DNA of 64,000 nt from Blasia pusilla (lineage: Eukaryota). Positions within the stretch are counted from its first letter, which is position 1. Each line of letters opens with the position of its first letter. This document shows, piece after piece, positions 11,776 to 25,590 of this stretch. The notes beneath the pieces were generated by a model, which was not told the DNA's origin, searched no databases, and saw only the letters and a program-made list of their open reading frames with translations. Position numbers and translations under genes: made by a program. Location: assembly GCA_050084515.1 (NCBI GenBank), contig CM114271.1, positions 37,820,001 through 37,884,000 of the forward strand, written 5' to 3'.

Positions 11776-13079
11776 ATGAATTCAGCGCTGTGCGGGTATT
11801 GAACCCAGGGAATCAGAATGTACTCCCGTTGCATGTTTCCTGCCGATCGAGCTAGAGCCCTTCAATTGTTTTTCGAAATTTCGTCATCAATTAGCATTGT
11901 AGGTAATTGTAAGTCAGAAACAGAATAACACCCTTGAACTCGACGCTTCCGTGTGTGTCCTAGTGCTAGCCGGCCCTGGTTCAACCAGGTTTAGTCGAGT
12001 TAGATCTAAAATCCTGGGGGTGCCATTCGGTGATGAGTTCCTGGCACAGAGTTTTTATTCCCAATTAGCTTCGGTAAGAGCTCTGATTTCTCTCAAGCCT
12101 GATGGCGTCACGGCACCGCAGGATGCACGATTTTGGAAAGTGTAGGAGTTCTGATCCCTTCTATGAATGAAAATTTGGAAGACTTTACGGGACGCTCAGT
12201 CTATTGTGTACGCACAGCGGATAGCTATTAGCAAGAGTCTCTTGAAACGCACACATGTAAGAAACTTGCTGAACTCTCGCAACCTGGAAAATGTCATTAA
12301 TGAACGAACAGATCCAATTTGAAGGCAAGCAGAACTATCAATCAATCATTGAACAGTTCGGCGTTGAAAGCATCTCCGCTTTCAGCGGCGAGCTGAATAT
12401 TGCAAATGATATAGATGCAGAAGGTAGTTAGAATACGCGAAGAAGTTTTTGAAATGTCCTGCGAAGCTGTATCACTTTTTATAGTCACAAGTGTAAATGA
12501 AATTAATTATGAAGAAATGTGGACTGCTAAGTGGAACCATCAGAGTTTAGGACTAGAAGCTCGCTAGATTAAGGCTGAGAGTATTTTTCTATCTCAAAGA
12601 CGGTCTACTTATTGAAGTAAAATTGGGAGCTCAAGAGACTGATCTAATGTGCGAAGGATGATGCATCTAACCATGAAAGAAGAAACTGAAATGATCCTCA
12701 AATAATTATGCGGGGAAAAGCCGATAAAGTACTGTAAAGAAGCTACACTGGACCAGTGATTGGTTCAATCTCAGAGGAGGTGCAAGCTTTTTGCGTTAAC
12801 TTGGTCATCTGTGGATCTTCTTGAAAGTTCCTACAGAGTGGACGTACGTCTGGACACGTTGAAGTCTCCAAGGGTCCCACGTGATCGCCAGGACTTCCAA
12901 GTCATGGTTATGGCAAGTCTACCAAGGTCTTGTTCGCGGCTTCAGACGAACTCAAGTCCGGAACTACAGGACATAGGTTGCTTTCGCTTACTCCCGATCG
13001 AGAGGCTTTACAAATCTACATCTGTGGGCACCATTCGGTCGGCCATTCCACGAGAGCTTCTGGTCTCGTGTACCGAAAT

Positions 13080-14450
13080 CATCATTATCTATTACAATAC
13101 TCTATATTATTATTACTTTAGTATACATCTTACGGAGAGTGTTTTCTTGATTCTTAGAAAATGTTTCACAACCAAAGTGAAACAAGAAGATTTTGTGTGT
13201 CCTTTCCCTTCACGGATTATACCCTTTTTCCTTTTCGGAAAAAGGGTATAATCCGTGAATTTGGTTTCGTTTCTTCATAAGCACAAATCGGGTTCACAAA
13301 AGGAAGACTGACCGGACATTAAGACACATCTCTCTAAAGTCCTGTCTCTAGACCGTAAGGCCGAAACATGGTTCGGGAGTTTCTTTCGCGGTAATGGAGC
13401 CGGCATTGTTGGGAAATCTTTTTTATTTTCGGTAATTTTCCAATTTTTAAATTTTCTACACAGTTGTTCGGCTGATATTCGGAGAACGGACGAACGGGAA
13501 AAAAATTCCTTTTTGGACTTCATTCTCTACTAGTTGTAAGACAATTAATTGAGTTCAAGTTTTGCTTCCCCTTTTTGGGACTAACTTATCCACGGAAGAA
13601 TTGAACTTTATAACACACATTTATTATTTTATTTATAATAAATAATTTAAAATTAATTACATATTATTAATTATATTATTATTATATCATAATTAATTAA
13701 TTAATAAGAATTTATTTGTCTAATAGCCACAATAGAATAAAATCGGATTTTCTAAAAGAACACATTCGTCCGAATTGATGTTAAATAAAAATATTTATTT
13801 AAAATATAAGGAGTATTATTTCTGTCATAGCACCCTCATATAAATTTCATAGAAGTAAAAACATTTCTTTGTGTAATATTACATAGAAATAAATTATTTC
13901 CATAAAATAAAATTTTTTTATAAATTTTTTTCTAATAATTTAAAAAAAGTATCTCTTGGTAACTGGTTTATATTAGAATGGGTGATCCTAGATGTTTAAT
14001 AAAAAAATAATGACATAATCTGGAAAATAGTAAAATATTTGTAATTTTTTCCCTTAATTCATATTTGATGGGAAGGGAAAATGAATCTTAATTGAGAAGG
14101 AATATTGTTTCAATTTTATTGGAGGATGGAATTACTTAGGGAAATATGGGAGAAGGAATAGATTTCATTTAAATTTTAATTTAGGAATGGAATTTAATTA
14201 ATTTTCTCAATATTATTTTTTAATTTTCAAGTGAGAAATATGATTATTTTTTAAAATAACCTATTTCCTATTTGATATTTCCAAAAAAAATAAGAGCTTC
14301 AATGGAAGACGGAATGATTTCATTACTTGAAATTAACCAAAAATCTAGATAATGGATATTATTTTGATGGAAAGAGAAGGTATTGTTCACACTTTAATAG
14401 AAAATTAAACTTATCTAAAACATTTTTTTAATTTTAAATTTTAGAAGTAT
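13080..14450. repeat. Repeated spacer module ending in an AT-rich block (also ~31150-32270, ~38270-39570, partial 3860-4215)
   Basis: Shared blocks such as tacggagagtgttt, gtcctgtctctagaccgtaagg and ggaaaatagtaaaatattt...tttcaattttattggaggatggaatt. Confidence 0.6.
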
Positions 14451-17039
14451 AGTATATTTACGGCCTCTACATGTGGGCTAATTTAAGATTTCCTCTTCCA
14501 GAATCCAGGTACGTTGTGTTTGCCTCATTTTTTTCTAAGCTCGTTACGCATGTCCAAGTGTGCATCCATATTACGTGGAGGCTTTGATACCTTCCGATGG
14601 AAACCGCTCTCACATCTCGCATTAGGTCACTAAGTTCGGATTCGCGTCCTCAATCGAGCTCGCCTCCACGTTCTACAGATCAGGAAGAACCTTTACACTA
14701 GCTCTTGGACTCTCTCAATCCCTCATGCCCTATCTACATTCTTGCCCACAGTGAGGAAGCGCAAGTGAGGTCACGCTCTACCTTGCTCTCATCGTCTCAC
14801 CTTGATTTGAGTCACGGTCCTCAAGTGACTCTGTTTGCACGCGTGTTCACACTCTACCACGGTCTGCACCTCACAATTTTGTTTCAATCGTGACCGTGTA
14901 TTGTCTGCGTTTGCAAATGTGTTAGCTCTATAACTTACCTGAACATCTGCTCTATATCTCTATCTCTCTCTCATTTCTGCACATTTTGCTTATATCTGCT
15001 CTTGGGTCTGCTCCATTTCGTACAAGTACTTCGTTGGCCCTCTACTTCACATTCCTTTATATTCGTCTTCATAGTTCAAGATTAGTTGTCTCTTTAAATC
15101 TGGAATCCGAAATCCTTCAGGGTACACATACGCTTATCTCAATGCGTCAACACGTGCCACACCTATCTTTTTTTGTCTCTGAGTCTCTGATTCATTGTCT
15201 GACAAGCTCACCGCCGCCACTTCATCTTAGTCACGATTATAGCTCAAATACACTAGTATATTTGATCTGCTTGATCAAATCACCACTTGATCTGCTGCTC
15301 TGAGTGGCATAGCCTCCTGTGTTTGTTTACTGGATGTATTACAATACTCACGAGCTTCTATTGGTTGTGACTAATTTTTGCATGTAATTCCTACTCGATT
15401 GCTCAAAGTCACCATATATGCTCTTATATTTGAAAACAGGAAACCCTCTCTCTGTTTTTTTCTCTCTCTCTCTACTCTTTCGATCATTGTATAAACTCTC
15501 ATAAAATAGAATGGCAGAAGTTGTGCGGGCCATCGTCAGATCTCTTCCTCTTTTGCGCGTAGCTAGAACCGTTTCTAGTGCCTACCCTCAAGAAACCAAG
15601 TGCAGGGGATAGCGTGACAAAATAGTTATATTTTTTAGAGTAGTAAGAGCGCAGATAGGCTCCCCCCTGCACACCTGAGATCATAAAGCTGCTCTAGAGG
15701 GCATGTGATTCTATCCTCATATTCCCAGATTGTAACCATAAGCGACACAGCAGTTTCTCAATACCATCATTTAGCAGGGATATTCTCTAATACGCATCAA
15801 TGGCTTGCTATTCCTTCTCAGCACAGCCACGTCTAGGGTGTTTTTCCCTCCTTCCTCCTTCCTCCGTCCAACCTTGCCATCATATTGATCAAAACTCTAT
15901 AGAAAGTCATGAATAAATCACTAGTTCATCTCAATTACATATGTGAGATACATTATCCATATTTTGTAGTACATATTTTCAAGTATTTAATGTGTATTTG
16001 TTACTCACCACTTCACCAGTTTGGATATTTAGTTTGAAAGCTCATTCTGTAGTACTAAGCCTGTTTGTCCCGACGGACAATCTTTTTTTCCCCTCTTTCA
16101 AGTATCCACGTACTATTGGCCTCTGCACATACCAGATTCCTACTCCGGGCATTGTGATGACGCGGTGAACCTCATTCTCTTTAGAAGCTCAGTTTCTCAC
16201 ATAAATCGAGGCAAATCTCACAATAACATTGCTCTTATTCCATCACATACCCCTTTACCTCTTCGATCAATTACTTTTTCCCCTCAAACCTTTATTGTTG
16301 ATGCTATTGGACAATAGGACATTGCATTTGGAGTTTCCTGCATATATATTCTTCTTCTTCTTCTTTCCTGAAAGTTTTTGGATTCTACCAGACACAACTA
16401 ATATGTACTTCTAAAGTTCTCACATTGCCAAAGGTGTTAAATTGCACGTCGAGTTAATCCATCTAAAAGTAATCACCTTTTGGTACACTTTAGAGGAAGT
16501 TCACGGATGTTTGAATCCATTGACTATGAATTCTTATTAATCGCACAGAGTTATTACTACAGCATTACATTCCAGTTTGCTATTCATTTTGACAATAATC
16601 AATCAACGAGTGCTTCTGATACGCATAATCATCTCTCTTCACTTGAACTCTTCTTGTCTAAATATCGACCACACATCAGGCAAGAAAGCCTACTTTGTAT
16701 CTCATATTATTTCCATCTTCTGAATTTTCAGTCCTACTGCTTGCTACAGGAATAAATCAATTCATGCATGCTTTACACTCATTTATGTTTTTCCCTCCAC
16801 GTGTATCTAAGCACATCGTGACAAGTATTCACAACTTGCCAACCGTTTGATATACATCTCATTGATATTTTGGAGTTTAGCATACTATTGCTCTTTTTGT
16901 ATCTAAATATTGTATATTCATGCTTCCTGTACACACTGCTGCCCTTGCCGTACACTAAGCTATAACTTCCTATTCAGCTTTTCTCCTAGCTAGTACACTC
17001 AACTCTATATTTTAACAACATATTAGTTAGAACAATTCC

Positions 17040-20000
17040 ATGGATGACCAGCTTGCTCATTCAACTTGTTTTTTTTATCATACATTATAGATATTAGACA
17101 ATAGAGCTCCGAGATGTTTGCGGGCAAGGAATACTTCTACTTCTACCCGCCTTGTTAGAAGCAGAGACACGACTTTCTTGAAACGCAAGAAATCTCGCTT
17201 GCATATTTCTAAGCATAGGGCTCGTTATAGGCACACCTTGGAAAATCAGTTAGCCTGTAAATCTATTGCCTACTATTGGCCATTTGCTGATCAATTACTC
17301 TCCATATAGGAGTTAACGTATTTATCCATCATTTCATAGATGTTGTGTTGTGGTTATTGTGGAATTGTAAAGTATTCCTCTCCTAAGGACCCCATGTCCA
17401 CAATTTCCACATCTCAGTATCCTCCATATGCCTTATGTAATGGTTTTCTAACTGTCTATATTATACCCAAGATAGGTGAGTTTTATGCGTGTGATCCTTG
17501 TACCACTCTAGATCCCAGGACTTCACACAATATCTACATGACACCCTCTTATATCAAGCAGATTCTAGCTCTTAATCCCTTTCATCTTCAGCTACTATCA
17601 ATGGTTGACTACTGTATTAGGATTATACAAAAGTATAATGGGTTCCACAAGGGATTTTTCAATGCAACATCACTTAAATACTCGCCTCTCATAGCATGGA
17701 ACTTGGACTTTACTAGTATCCATGATCTTCAAGCCACAATCACAAGTTTGACACAGATCTTGGCCATAAATGTACAGATAAACCACCGTTACAGAGACTA
17801 TAAGTGTTCACTTGAGTTGCCCAATGCATATGCTGGCCTCGTCATTCTTCCTTCTACTACAGTAAACACTATTGTTAAATCATCTCAAAGTAAAGGCCAA
17901 GTAACACATAGCATGTCCCATGATCCATATAAGCTAGATCTTAATTTGTTACAGGATGTTACTTATTCCATACCCGTTCAAAGAAGTAATGCCTCTGATA
18001 AATTTGATGACGGCTCCATATTTTCAGAAATCAGGCCAATTATAGAGAACCTTTATTGATAGACTTATTAGGGTCTTCCAATGATAAGAGGCTAACCATA
18101 GAAATAGGGATATTTCCCTTTCCTTTTCCGTATATTTGGGGATTCTTTCCTAGTATTGGCTCTTTTTCAGATTATATGAAGTTAAGGTCAAGACAAATAT
18201 TTAGACCTTTTTCACTTTACGAGCCATATCCTATGGTTATGCACCACCTAAGACAATCCATATCCCTTTCTTCTACATCGATATCTTGTTCTTTCATTCT
18301 TAATAGAGATCTAGAAAAATGGAGAAGAGACAAGCCACACCTACTTGAGGAAGATCCATACTTTAATCTATCAAAATATTCATTGAGCCCTCAATTACCT
18401 GGTACTCCTGCTTGGCATCGCAAACACTTGAAAGATCTGAGAGCCATGGTAGCTAGATAAGGCATGCCCTACACCCTTACATTTGATGAAGTTTTGCCTA
18501 CAAGATGGACAGAGATTGGACATATAGAGAAAATAGTAACAAATTTCAGATAGTTCATTTATATGGAGAGATACACATGCGGAGTGTGCACAACACTTCC
18601 AAACCAGATTGCACACATTTCTCTCCGAGTACATACTCTCGAGTCCACATATCCTTGGTCATGTTATAGATTACATAATCAAATATGAGTTACAAAATAG
18701 AGGTAGCTTGCATTGTCACATAGTATTCTGGATTTCTTCAAATGATATTGATAGAGTCACTTCTGGAACATGTGATTACATTCCTAGCTCTACATGTTCA
18801 AATCCTCCATGACAAGAAACAAATACTAGTTCCATTAGTCCAAATTCAATACTTCTTGATTTATGTGACCTCTAAACAATTGCACCATTGTAAAGAAGGT
18901 GCTTATACAGTTAGGAAAAAACACAAGAAACCTTATTGTAGGCCACGTTTTCCTGTTGACACAAATCTAGCCACAGTTCCATTCATTAACCCACAAACCA
19001 TGCGTTGGGACTCATTATCAACCATCTCACCTTCATCGCAATGTTATACCATACCATCCATTAGTTTTGCTGCTTTGGGAAGCACACATGAACATACAAA
19101 GAGTCACAAATATAGATTGGTCCTTTTATCTTATCAAGTATGCATTAAAGTCAGAACCCACAAGCTCACTTGATATTGATACAGAAATTGCTAGGTGCCT
19201 TGGATTAGAAGCCTTGGATGAAGTTAGATTGAAGCTTATCTCATGAGTTGTTCTGAATCATTCGATTTCCGCAATAGAAGCAAATTTAGCATCCATGCAA
19301 ATACCTATAATATTCAGGTCCCAGTCTGTCAAATATATTGACTCAAACCCTCCCTCTCGAAGATCTTTGTTATACAAGAATGCTTCAATTCCTTGTGTCC
19401 ACCCTGTTGAGCTATACTCTAATAGACCATCCTCTTTAGAAGATTTGACTTTCACACAGTATTGGACAAGTTATGATATATATAAGAGACCTACTAAGAA
19501 AAACATTACCACACTTGTAAGAATTGATTCTCTTGGAAATAGTGTTTATTCCCCATCCAGAGTTATCAAGTCTACAAAGTTTCACCCTTTACACAAGTGG
19601 AATGAGTCCTTTTATAACCTACTTTTACAGCGTATTCCATTCAGGTCAGAGCAAGATCTTCTTCTTCGACTTCCACTCAGTGCAAACTTCTCCATGAATG
19701 TTTACATCGTGGCATTGTACAAGACATGGAGTCTATTACCTCATTAATACAAGCCCATGTTGTTCAGAACTTGTGGAGTACTGTCCATACTGCAAAAATA
19801 GTGTCAAAGTGTGCAAACATCTTCCAACCAAGTCTAGACAGTGATATACATTCATTCTTCGAAGGTGTTACCTCCATATCACAACCACGTTAGGAGAACA
19901 ATACTACCCATATCCAGACAGATAGGATACTAAACACGTAACAACACAACTTATTCAAATATTTGCAAAACCTTTCCTCTACAATTTTCTGGCTCCAAGG

Positions 20001-21200
20001 ATCTCCAAGTTGAGGAAAAAAAATCTTTGTAAATTTCATGTGTAAGTATTGGAGAAACAAAGGCTACTATCTCCTCCTGGCAACTACTACAAGTATTGCA
20101 GCAGTACGTCTCCATCTTGAAGCAACTATAGTACATTATGCATTTTGCATACCACTTTGTGGAGACATTCCTAACATGCATGCTACATCCGATCCCTACA
20201 TTAGGCTGTAGAGTGCAGACATTGTTATTATAGATGAATGTTCTATGCTCACTCCTTGTTTGATGCAGATAATAGCCATGAGACTCAACCAAAGCAAGCC
20301 ATGTTACAGCAATACACCTTTTTCTAACAGATTAATTTCCTTGGAAGTGACATGGCGCAGCTACCTCCTATGTGTACTCATACAGTTGAAGTTTTGTGTA
20401 GCACTTGTCATTCACTAACGTCTCCATTTCTAAGTAATTTTAAGAAGCTCGAATTAAAGACTCCAATAATACACTCTAGCGATCTAGATTACCTTAGATT
20501 TCTGATTGATATTAGATCCTCACTACCATCAAAATCTGAAATTCACGCTTGCTTAAAATATTGTTTTGTCAATGAATCAGAAGCTGTAGACTTTATTTCA
20601 CATGATACATTAATAGTTTGTTCATACCGCATTGATGCCCAAGTATTTAACACAGTATGTCTCAAGAGGTTCTTTGATACAATATCAATTATTCCTGTTG
20701 GAATAGCTACTGATGCACCTTCAATTCCAGAGTTAGCATCTTGGTTAGAAGATGAAGATTTTCATTAATTGACATATATTGCAATTGGGTGCATTGTCAT
20801 GCTAACCTCTAATATCAACTTGGAAATCCAAGCTGCAAACGGCTCTCATGCCATCATCTCAGCAGTTCATTGTGTTGATCATGACATACATTCCATAACA
20901 ATTAGAATTACTTCCTCGGGTCACTTTGTCAGTGTCACAAGGTCAAGCTTTCCTATACTAAGATATGGGTCTGGTTGCAAGTATTTGAAGAGGACATTTC
21001 CATTAATTCTTGGATATGCCATGATAAGACATAAAAGCTAGGGGCTAATTGTAAATGGTCATTTTTTGTTCGTAATTAAGTCCGCCTTCATTGCTGGATT
21101 AGTTTATGTTATGCTTTCTAGAGTTCGCAATGAGCAACAGTTGCACATTCTTGGTCAACTATCTCGAGATAATTTTTTGACAATTGGTCAAAGAACTAGT
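17040..21200 (+). mobile_element. Helitron RepHel (HUH Rep + Pif1 helicase) pseudogene
   Basis: N-terminal CxxC..CxxC. PGTPAWHRKHLKDLRAMV. HUH motif YELQNRGSLHCHIVFW (~18684-18731) and YLIKY (~19130). Helicase motifs IIIDECSM (~20225-20247), DMAQLPP, FPLILGYAMIRHKS*G and GLVYVMLSRV. Many stops and frameshifts. Element ends not resolved; may extend ~14.5-21.8 kb. Confidence 0.9.
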
Positions 21201-21946
21201 TCCCTTGCAACTTTTCTATGCCTCTACATTGTGCAAATGTCTACTAGTGAGACTATTTCGAGGACCAGAGGTAAAAAGCCAATGATGACAACACATCAAC
21301 TACATAACTCAACAACTATACCATCTCCAATCTATGATTATCATCTAGATTCTCAACAGCTACAGCAACCTGCAGTAGCATCCTCTTAGCCTCAGGTCAT
21401 TTCCTTGCAATAGTACAATTTTCTCTATAGATATTCGCAGGTTCTCGATCTAACCATTGCATAGGTTCCTAGAAGTTACATGGACTTTGCCAGTATGATA
21501 CTAAATGACATTCAAAGCATTCCTGAGCCGTTTACTCCACGAATTGTTTAGCCAATTGAGAACCAAATGAGGTTCTATGACAACCTTAGCCTTGTTTCAT
21601 TTTTGGTACCTCTACAATTCTTTAAGTAAAAAAATAAATTGAAATAAAGAAAGCCTTCAAAGAACAGAAAAAGTACCAAGTTAAGCTAAAATCCAACATG
21701 TTGTCCTTACACTATGATAGAGGGGGATTCGACCCCTAATTGAGTAAGAAGCTCAATCAGCCAATCTGTCATCCCCCTAGCATACTCCCTCCCACTAATT
21801 TACTCCCAATTCAACAGTGTCAAGTACACTCGAAGCAAAATCCACAAAAATATTGAATCCAACATGTTTCAAACATTAAAAAACTCACCAAGATCAACTC
21901 ACACTCTAAATGTATGTAATGAAAGCATATAAGTCGAATGAATCAA

Positions 21947-21947
<1 letters not shown>

Positions 21948-21990
<43 letters not shown>
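21948..21990. repeat. (TA)n microsatellite (degenerate copy at ~47058-47115)
   Basis: Directly visible TA run. Confidence 0.95.
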
Positions 21991-21992
<2 letters not shown>

Positions 21993-23537
21993 TATCTTTA
22001 ATCCTGATTTCATTATCAAGGTCACATTAGAAATCACCATTTCAAAATCAATCGATTGCACATTTATTACATCATAAGTATACAAGGTTTTGTTATTAGA
22101 TAAGCATGACCGGAAGACTTGTACCAATTATACATAACACGAAAAATGCTTCCCTTCTGTCCAGGAGAAGATACACGCATATCCAAGAAGTCCAAGGATC
22201 TACGACGTCTTGACCAATATGAACCATTCTTTTAAATCATAAACACAATATACCCCAACAAAGATATGCTCCTTTTTGCAACACTTGCCTCAACTGCAAG
22301 TTGTGTCTCTTTTGCCTTCTTTTTCTTTGACTTTGTTGATCTTGTGGAAGGACCAACGTTGTATTTCTTAAAACTCAGTTGTTATTACATTAGTTTATAC
22401 TTTCATTAAACCTCAAATATTTTTCCCCTTTTCCTCTACAAGTTTAATATCATAATTTTATGAAACTATGAAATATCTTTTGCTTATGTCTCTTGTATCT
22501 TATCTTCCAATCACTTTTTTATGAGTTGCAACTTTGTTCAACACCGGCTCCACTTAATCTCCCAATTTGGATATACATATAATCATCCACTCGAGATGAC
22601 CATATTCTATTTCTAACTATTTATCAAAACTCCAACATATTGCTACATTTCTACTAAATTTACATAGTTTCAATATTCATAACAACAATTCTATTTAAAG
22701 ACATCACATCTAATATATAACTTTCCAATTACAAGCTAACAAGAATTTATATTCCAAACAAATTCAATGGCTCTAAACATGAAATCAAGACTTCACACAA
22801 GCTCGGTCTTCCATCATTTGAGAAGTTTTATTTTTACGTCCTTATTCCCATTCTTACCAAACTCCCCCATATATTTCATTTATTCCCTTTCATGAGCCCC
22901 TTTATAAATATTTTTACATTATTTAAAACTCAATTTTGTAAAAGAGCACATTTTTTAGCATATGCGTTGTGGACCGAATAATAAGGACCATAGTGCTTTT
23001 CTATCGCAAAAGACATGTCACTCCAAGAGCTGCAAACTCTACGATTGAAGTAGAGTTTGGAGCTCGAGACTCTTATATACTCTCCGAAGGACAGTTCACC
23101 CAACGCAGTCATCCATCTAGAGTTTTGATCGCTGATCACCTTCGAGAAAAACTTGTCCTTACGATCCATGATGGTGCAGGCGCATGCTTCCCAAATAAAA
23201 AAAAAGCACTAGACTAAAAATTGTGTGGGCATCTGATGGCCAAATAAATCATCTCAACGATACACCCGATTGCACTCGGTTAAATGAGCTAGCTTTGGTT
23301 ACCACAGACTCAATCTCACGGACTCTCATTCTTTATCTGTAACCTGACTCCATTCCATAATTCATGTTGATAAATTTAAATTACGACTTATCATGAAAAT
23401 ATGAACGGAGTTGGTGTGAGGGACCATTATGAATTTCAGGTGGCCATGGCTACTTGTACTAAGTCGATCACGGATACATCCCACATTTGAATATTATGTC
23501 CAAATTTCCTAAAGGTTAAGTTTTTTTGTGATCTTAC

Positions 23538-23710
23538 CAAACTTGATGAGTTGGGACGGAGCCGACATGTCCTTCCACATCCTCAATTTCCTCAACGTTG
23601 CTAATGACCTCTGGTAAGAGCTTGGGGAACACCGTGTTTTGCTCCTTCAAAGCCATCCACAAGGCGCTCAGACCCACGGCCAACTCCATAGCAGACTCGA
23701 AGGAACCCAT
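23538..23710 (-). pseudogene. Isolated, inverted exon 1 of the fourth-pair plus-type PR-10 gene
   Basis: ATG at 23710 and GTAAG donor at 23537, with indels. Lies within an ~480-bp block (~23525-24002) inverted relative to ~48695-49170. Confidence 0.75.
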
Positions 23711-24149
23711 GTCCGGTGCGGAATCTCAGTACGCTTGGTTTTACCGCTCCCATTTTGCAGCTCGTACTTCATGTTCCGCTTGAACGTATTGATAAATTCG
23801 AAGAGATCGATGGGACTAAATCCAGATGTACACTTCTAGTTAAATCTAACTATTATAAGATTGGGCGCACTTTCCTTTTGGCTTTCCTACTGGTGTGAAT
23901 ATGACGAGAAATAATGAGTGTATGAACCCCTACGCTTAGCACCAGTTTGATGTAGGCGGTTAAACTCATTCAGATCAATAGCTCGCCTACATAGTCAATT
24001 TCCCATTCAGCTAACTACATTTTGTTTGGAATCATAGGACAACATAGTGGAAATCCATCGGATCTTCCATGGACAATTTAGGAAACCATAAATCAAGTCG
24101 TTAAACTCCAATAGATTTCCTTACGGTATTTCGGTCCATGTTGCTCAAC

Positions 24150-24890
24150 TGTGTGGCAACCCGTCAGAGACCGACGGGTTGACACAAGACAACTTTGTAG
24201 TCGCTTTCTTGGATGATATGTGTGTTTTGAAACATGTTAGAAGCCGACGGGTTGCAAGGTGGTATTTAAAATTAGAAATTGAAGCCTCATATGCAAACCG
24301 TCGGTCTTCGATGGGTTGCATAAGGTGAAACATTTCTAAGAAGGAGACTCATTTTCAAAAAAAATGCAACCCGTCGGATACTGACTGGTTGCAGACACAT
24401 TTGTGTTAGCAAAATTAGTGGAATATAATTCTATATTTCCGCATTCTAGGCCTCCTTGCAACCCGTCGCACTCCAACAGGTTGCCAGATCGACTCCGAAA
24501 TTGACTCCGGTTGACAGCAATGTGGAGCCTGTCAAACTCTAACAGGGTACGAGATCAAAAGGTTCAACGAATTAACAGCAACCCGTCAGAGTCTGACAAG
24601 TTTCAAGAAGGCCATGGATGCCGAAAATAAACCATGATATTCCTCCATTCATGTCCAACGGCTATCGATTTGCAACCCGTCGGAGTCCGAAGGGTTGCAA
24701 CATTGCTGCCATCTGCCAACAGTTGTGCAACTTTTCGGAATCCTGTGGAGGCAAAAACTACATTGAACCTTTCTTAGGGGCTTTCTCTTGGATACCGTCG
24801 CAGCCCGTCGGAGTCCGATGGGTTGCACTCAGTCGGCACACGATCTTGTTTGTTATCTTGTGTGCAACGTGACGGAAACCGAAGGATTAC
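24150..24890. repeat. Cluster of ~10 degenerate 29-bp palindromes (intron of the ParB-like gene, copy 1)
   Basis: e.g. tgcaacccgtcggatactgactggttgca (24365), tgcaacccgtcggagtccgaagggttgca (24671), gcagcccgtcggagtccgatgggttgca (24800). Confidence 0.85.
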
Positions 24891-24929
24891 ATTGCAGAAT
24901 AATTCTCACTTTGTCTTGATGATTTGCAG

Positions 24930-25590
24930 GATTGTCTCGGAGGGGAACTGGATGCATCATTGGATCCAAGATTGCGATAGAGTCAAGAAGGTGCTTACAA
25001 CACACCCGGCGGAATACAAAGGATTCTTGGGGAAAGACTTAGTGGATGAGATGCTCGCGAAGGGTGCGCAGATCAAGAAGAAGACTTGGGCGGATACATA
25101 CATCACCCAAGAGGCAGCCGTCACGATTCTGTGCTGGTCAAAAATTTAGGCTTCCAAGAAAAATGCCACATAGGAGTTGGAGCGGAGGGAAATTTTTTGG
25201 CATCAAAGCGAGCAAAGTTCATTCAGACTGCTATGTCAGCAGTCACCAAGTACACTGCGAGCAAGATGCAGCGGTACATTGCCATCCTCAACCCAGATCT
25301 TTGCTAGGACTTCTACAAGGAGTTGAAGGCGATCATTAAACGCCACAGGAAGAGGGACGAAGATCTATAAGGTCGAATTGGGGAAAAGGTCTCATTAGAC
25401 CGCGTCCACAGGTTAGCACTTTCAGGAATATCCGAATTTAGGTGGATCCGACTGATGAAAATTAGTCTTGAGGGGACTCAAGCACAAAAACAGACAGCAC
25501 ATCATCCTCCGGGGGTATCAGACCCTCCCATCTCTCATTGGCTGAGAGAATGGTCTTTCTCGGACTGCGGTATGTGGAATTCTCTGTTCA
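24930..25590 (+). pseudogene. Internal exon of the ParB-like transposon gene (copy 1; upstream exons deleted)
   Basis: TTTGCAG acceptor ending 24929. Reads IVSEGNWMHHWIQDCDRVKKV...SKMQRYIAILNPDLC*DFYKELK...VSLDRVHRLALSG...HWLREW. Paralog of 58899-59560. Confidence 0.6.

Noticed and set aside
21722-21780. tRNA/SINE-like GGGGGATTCGACCCC or a Helitron 3' terminus ending in CTAG
   Set aside because: No cloverleaf or A-box found, and hairpin-to-CTAG spacing is unconvincing; left unresolved.
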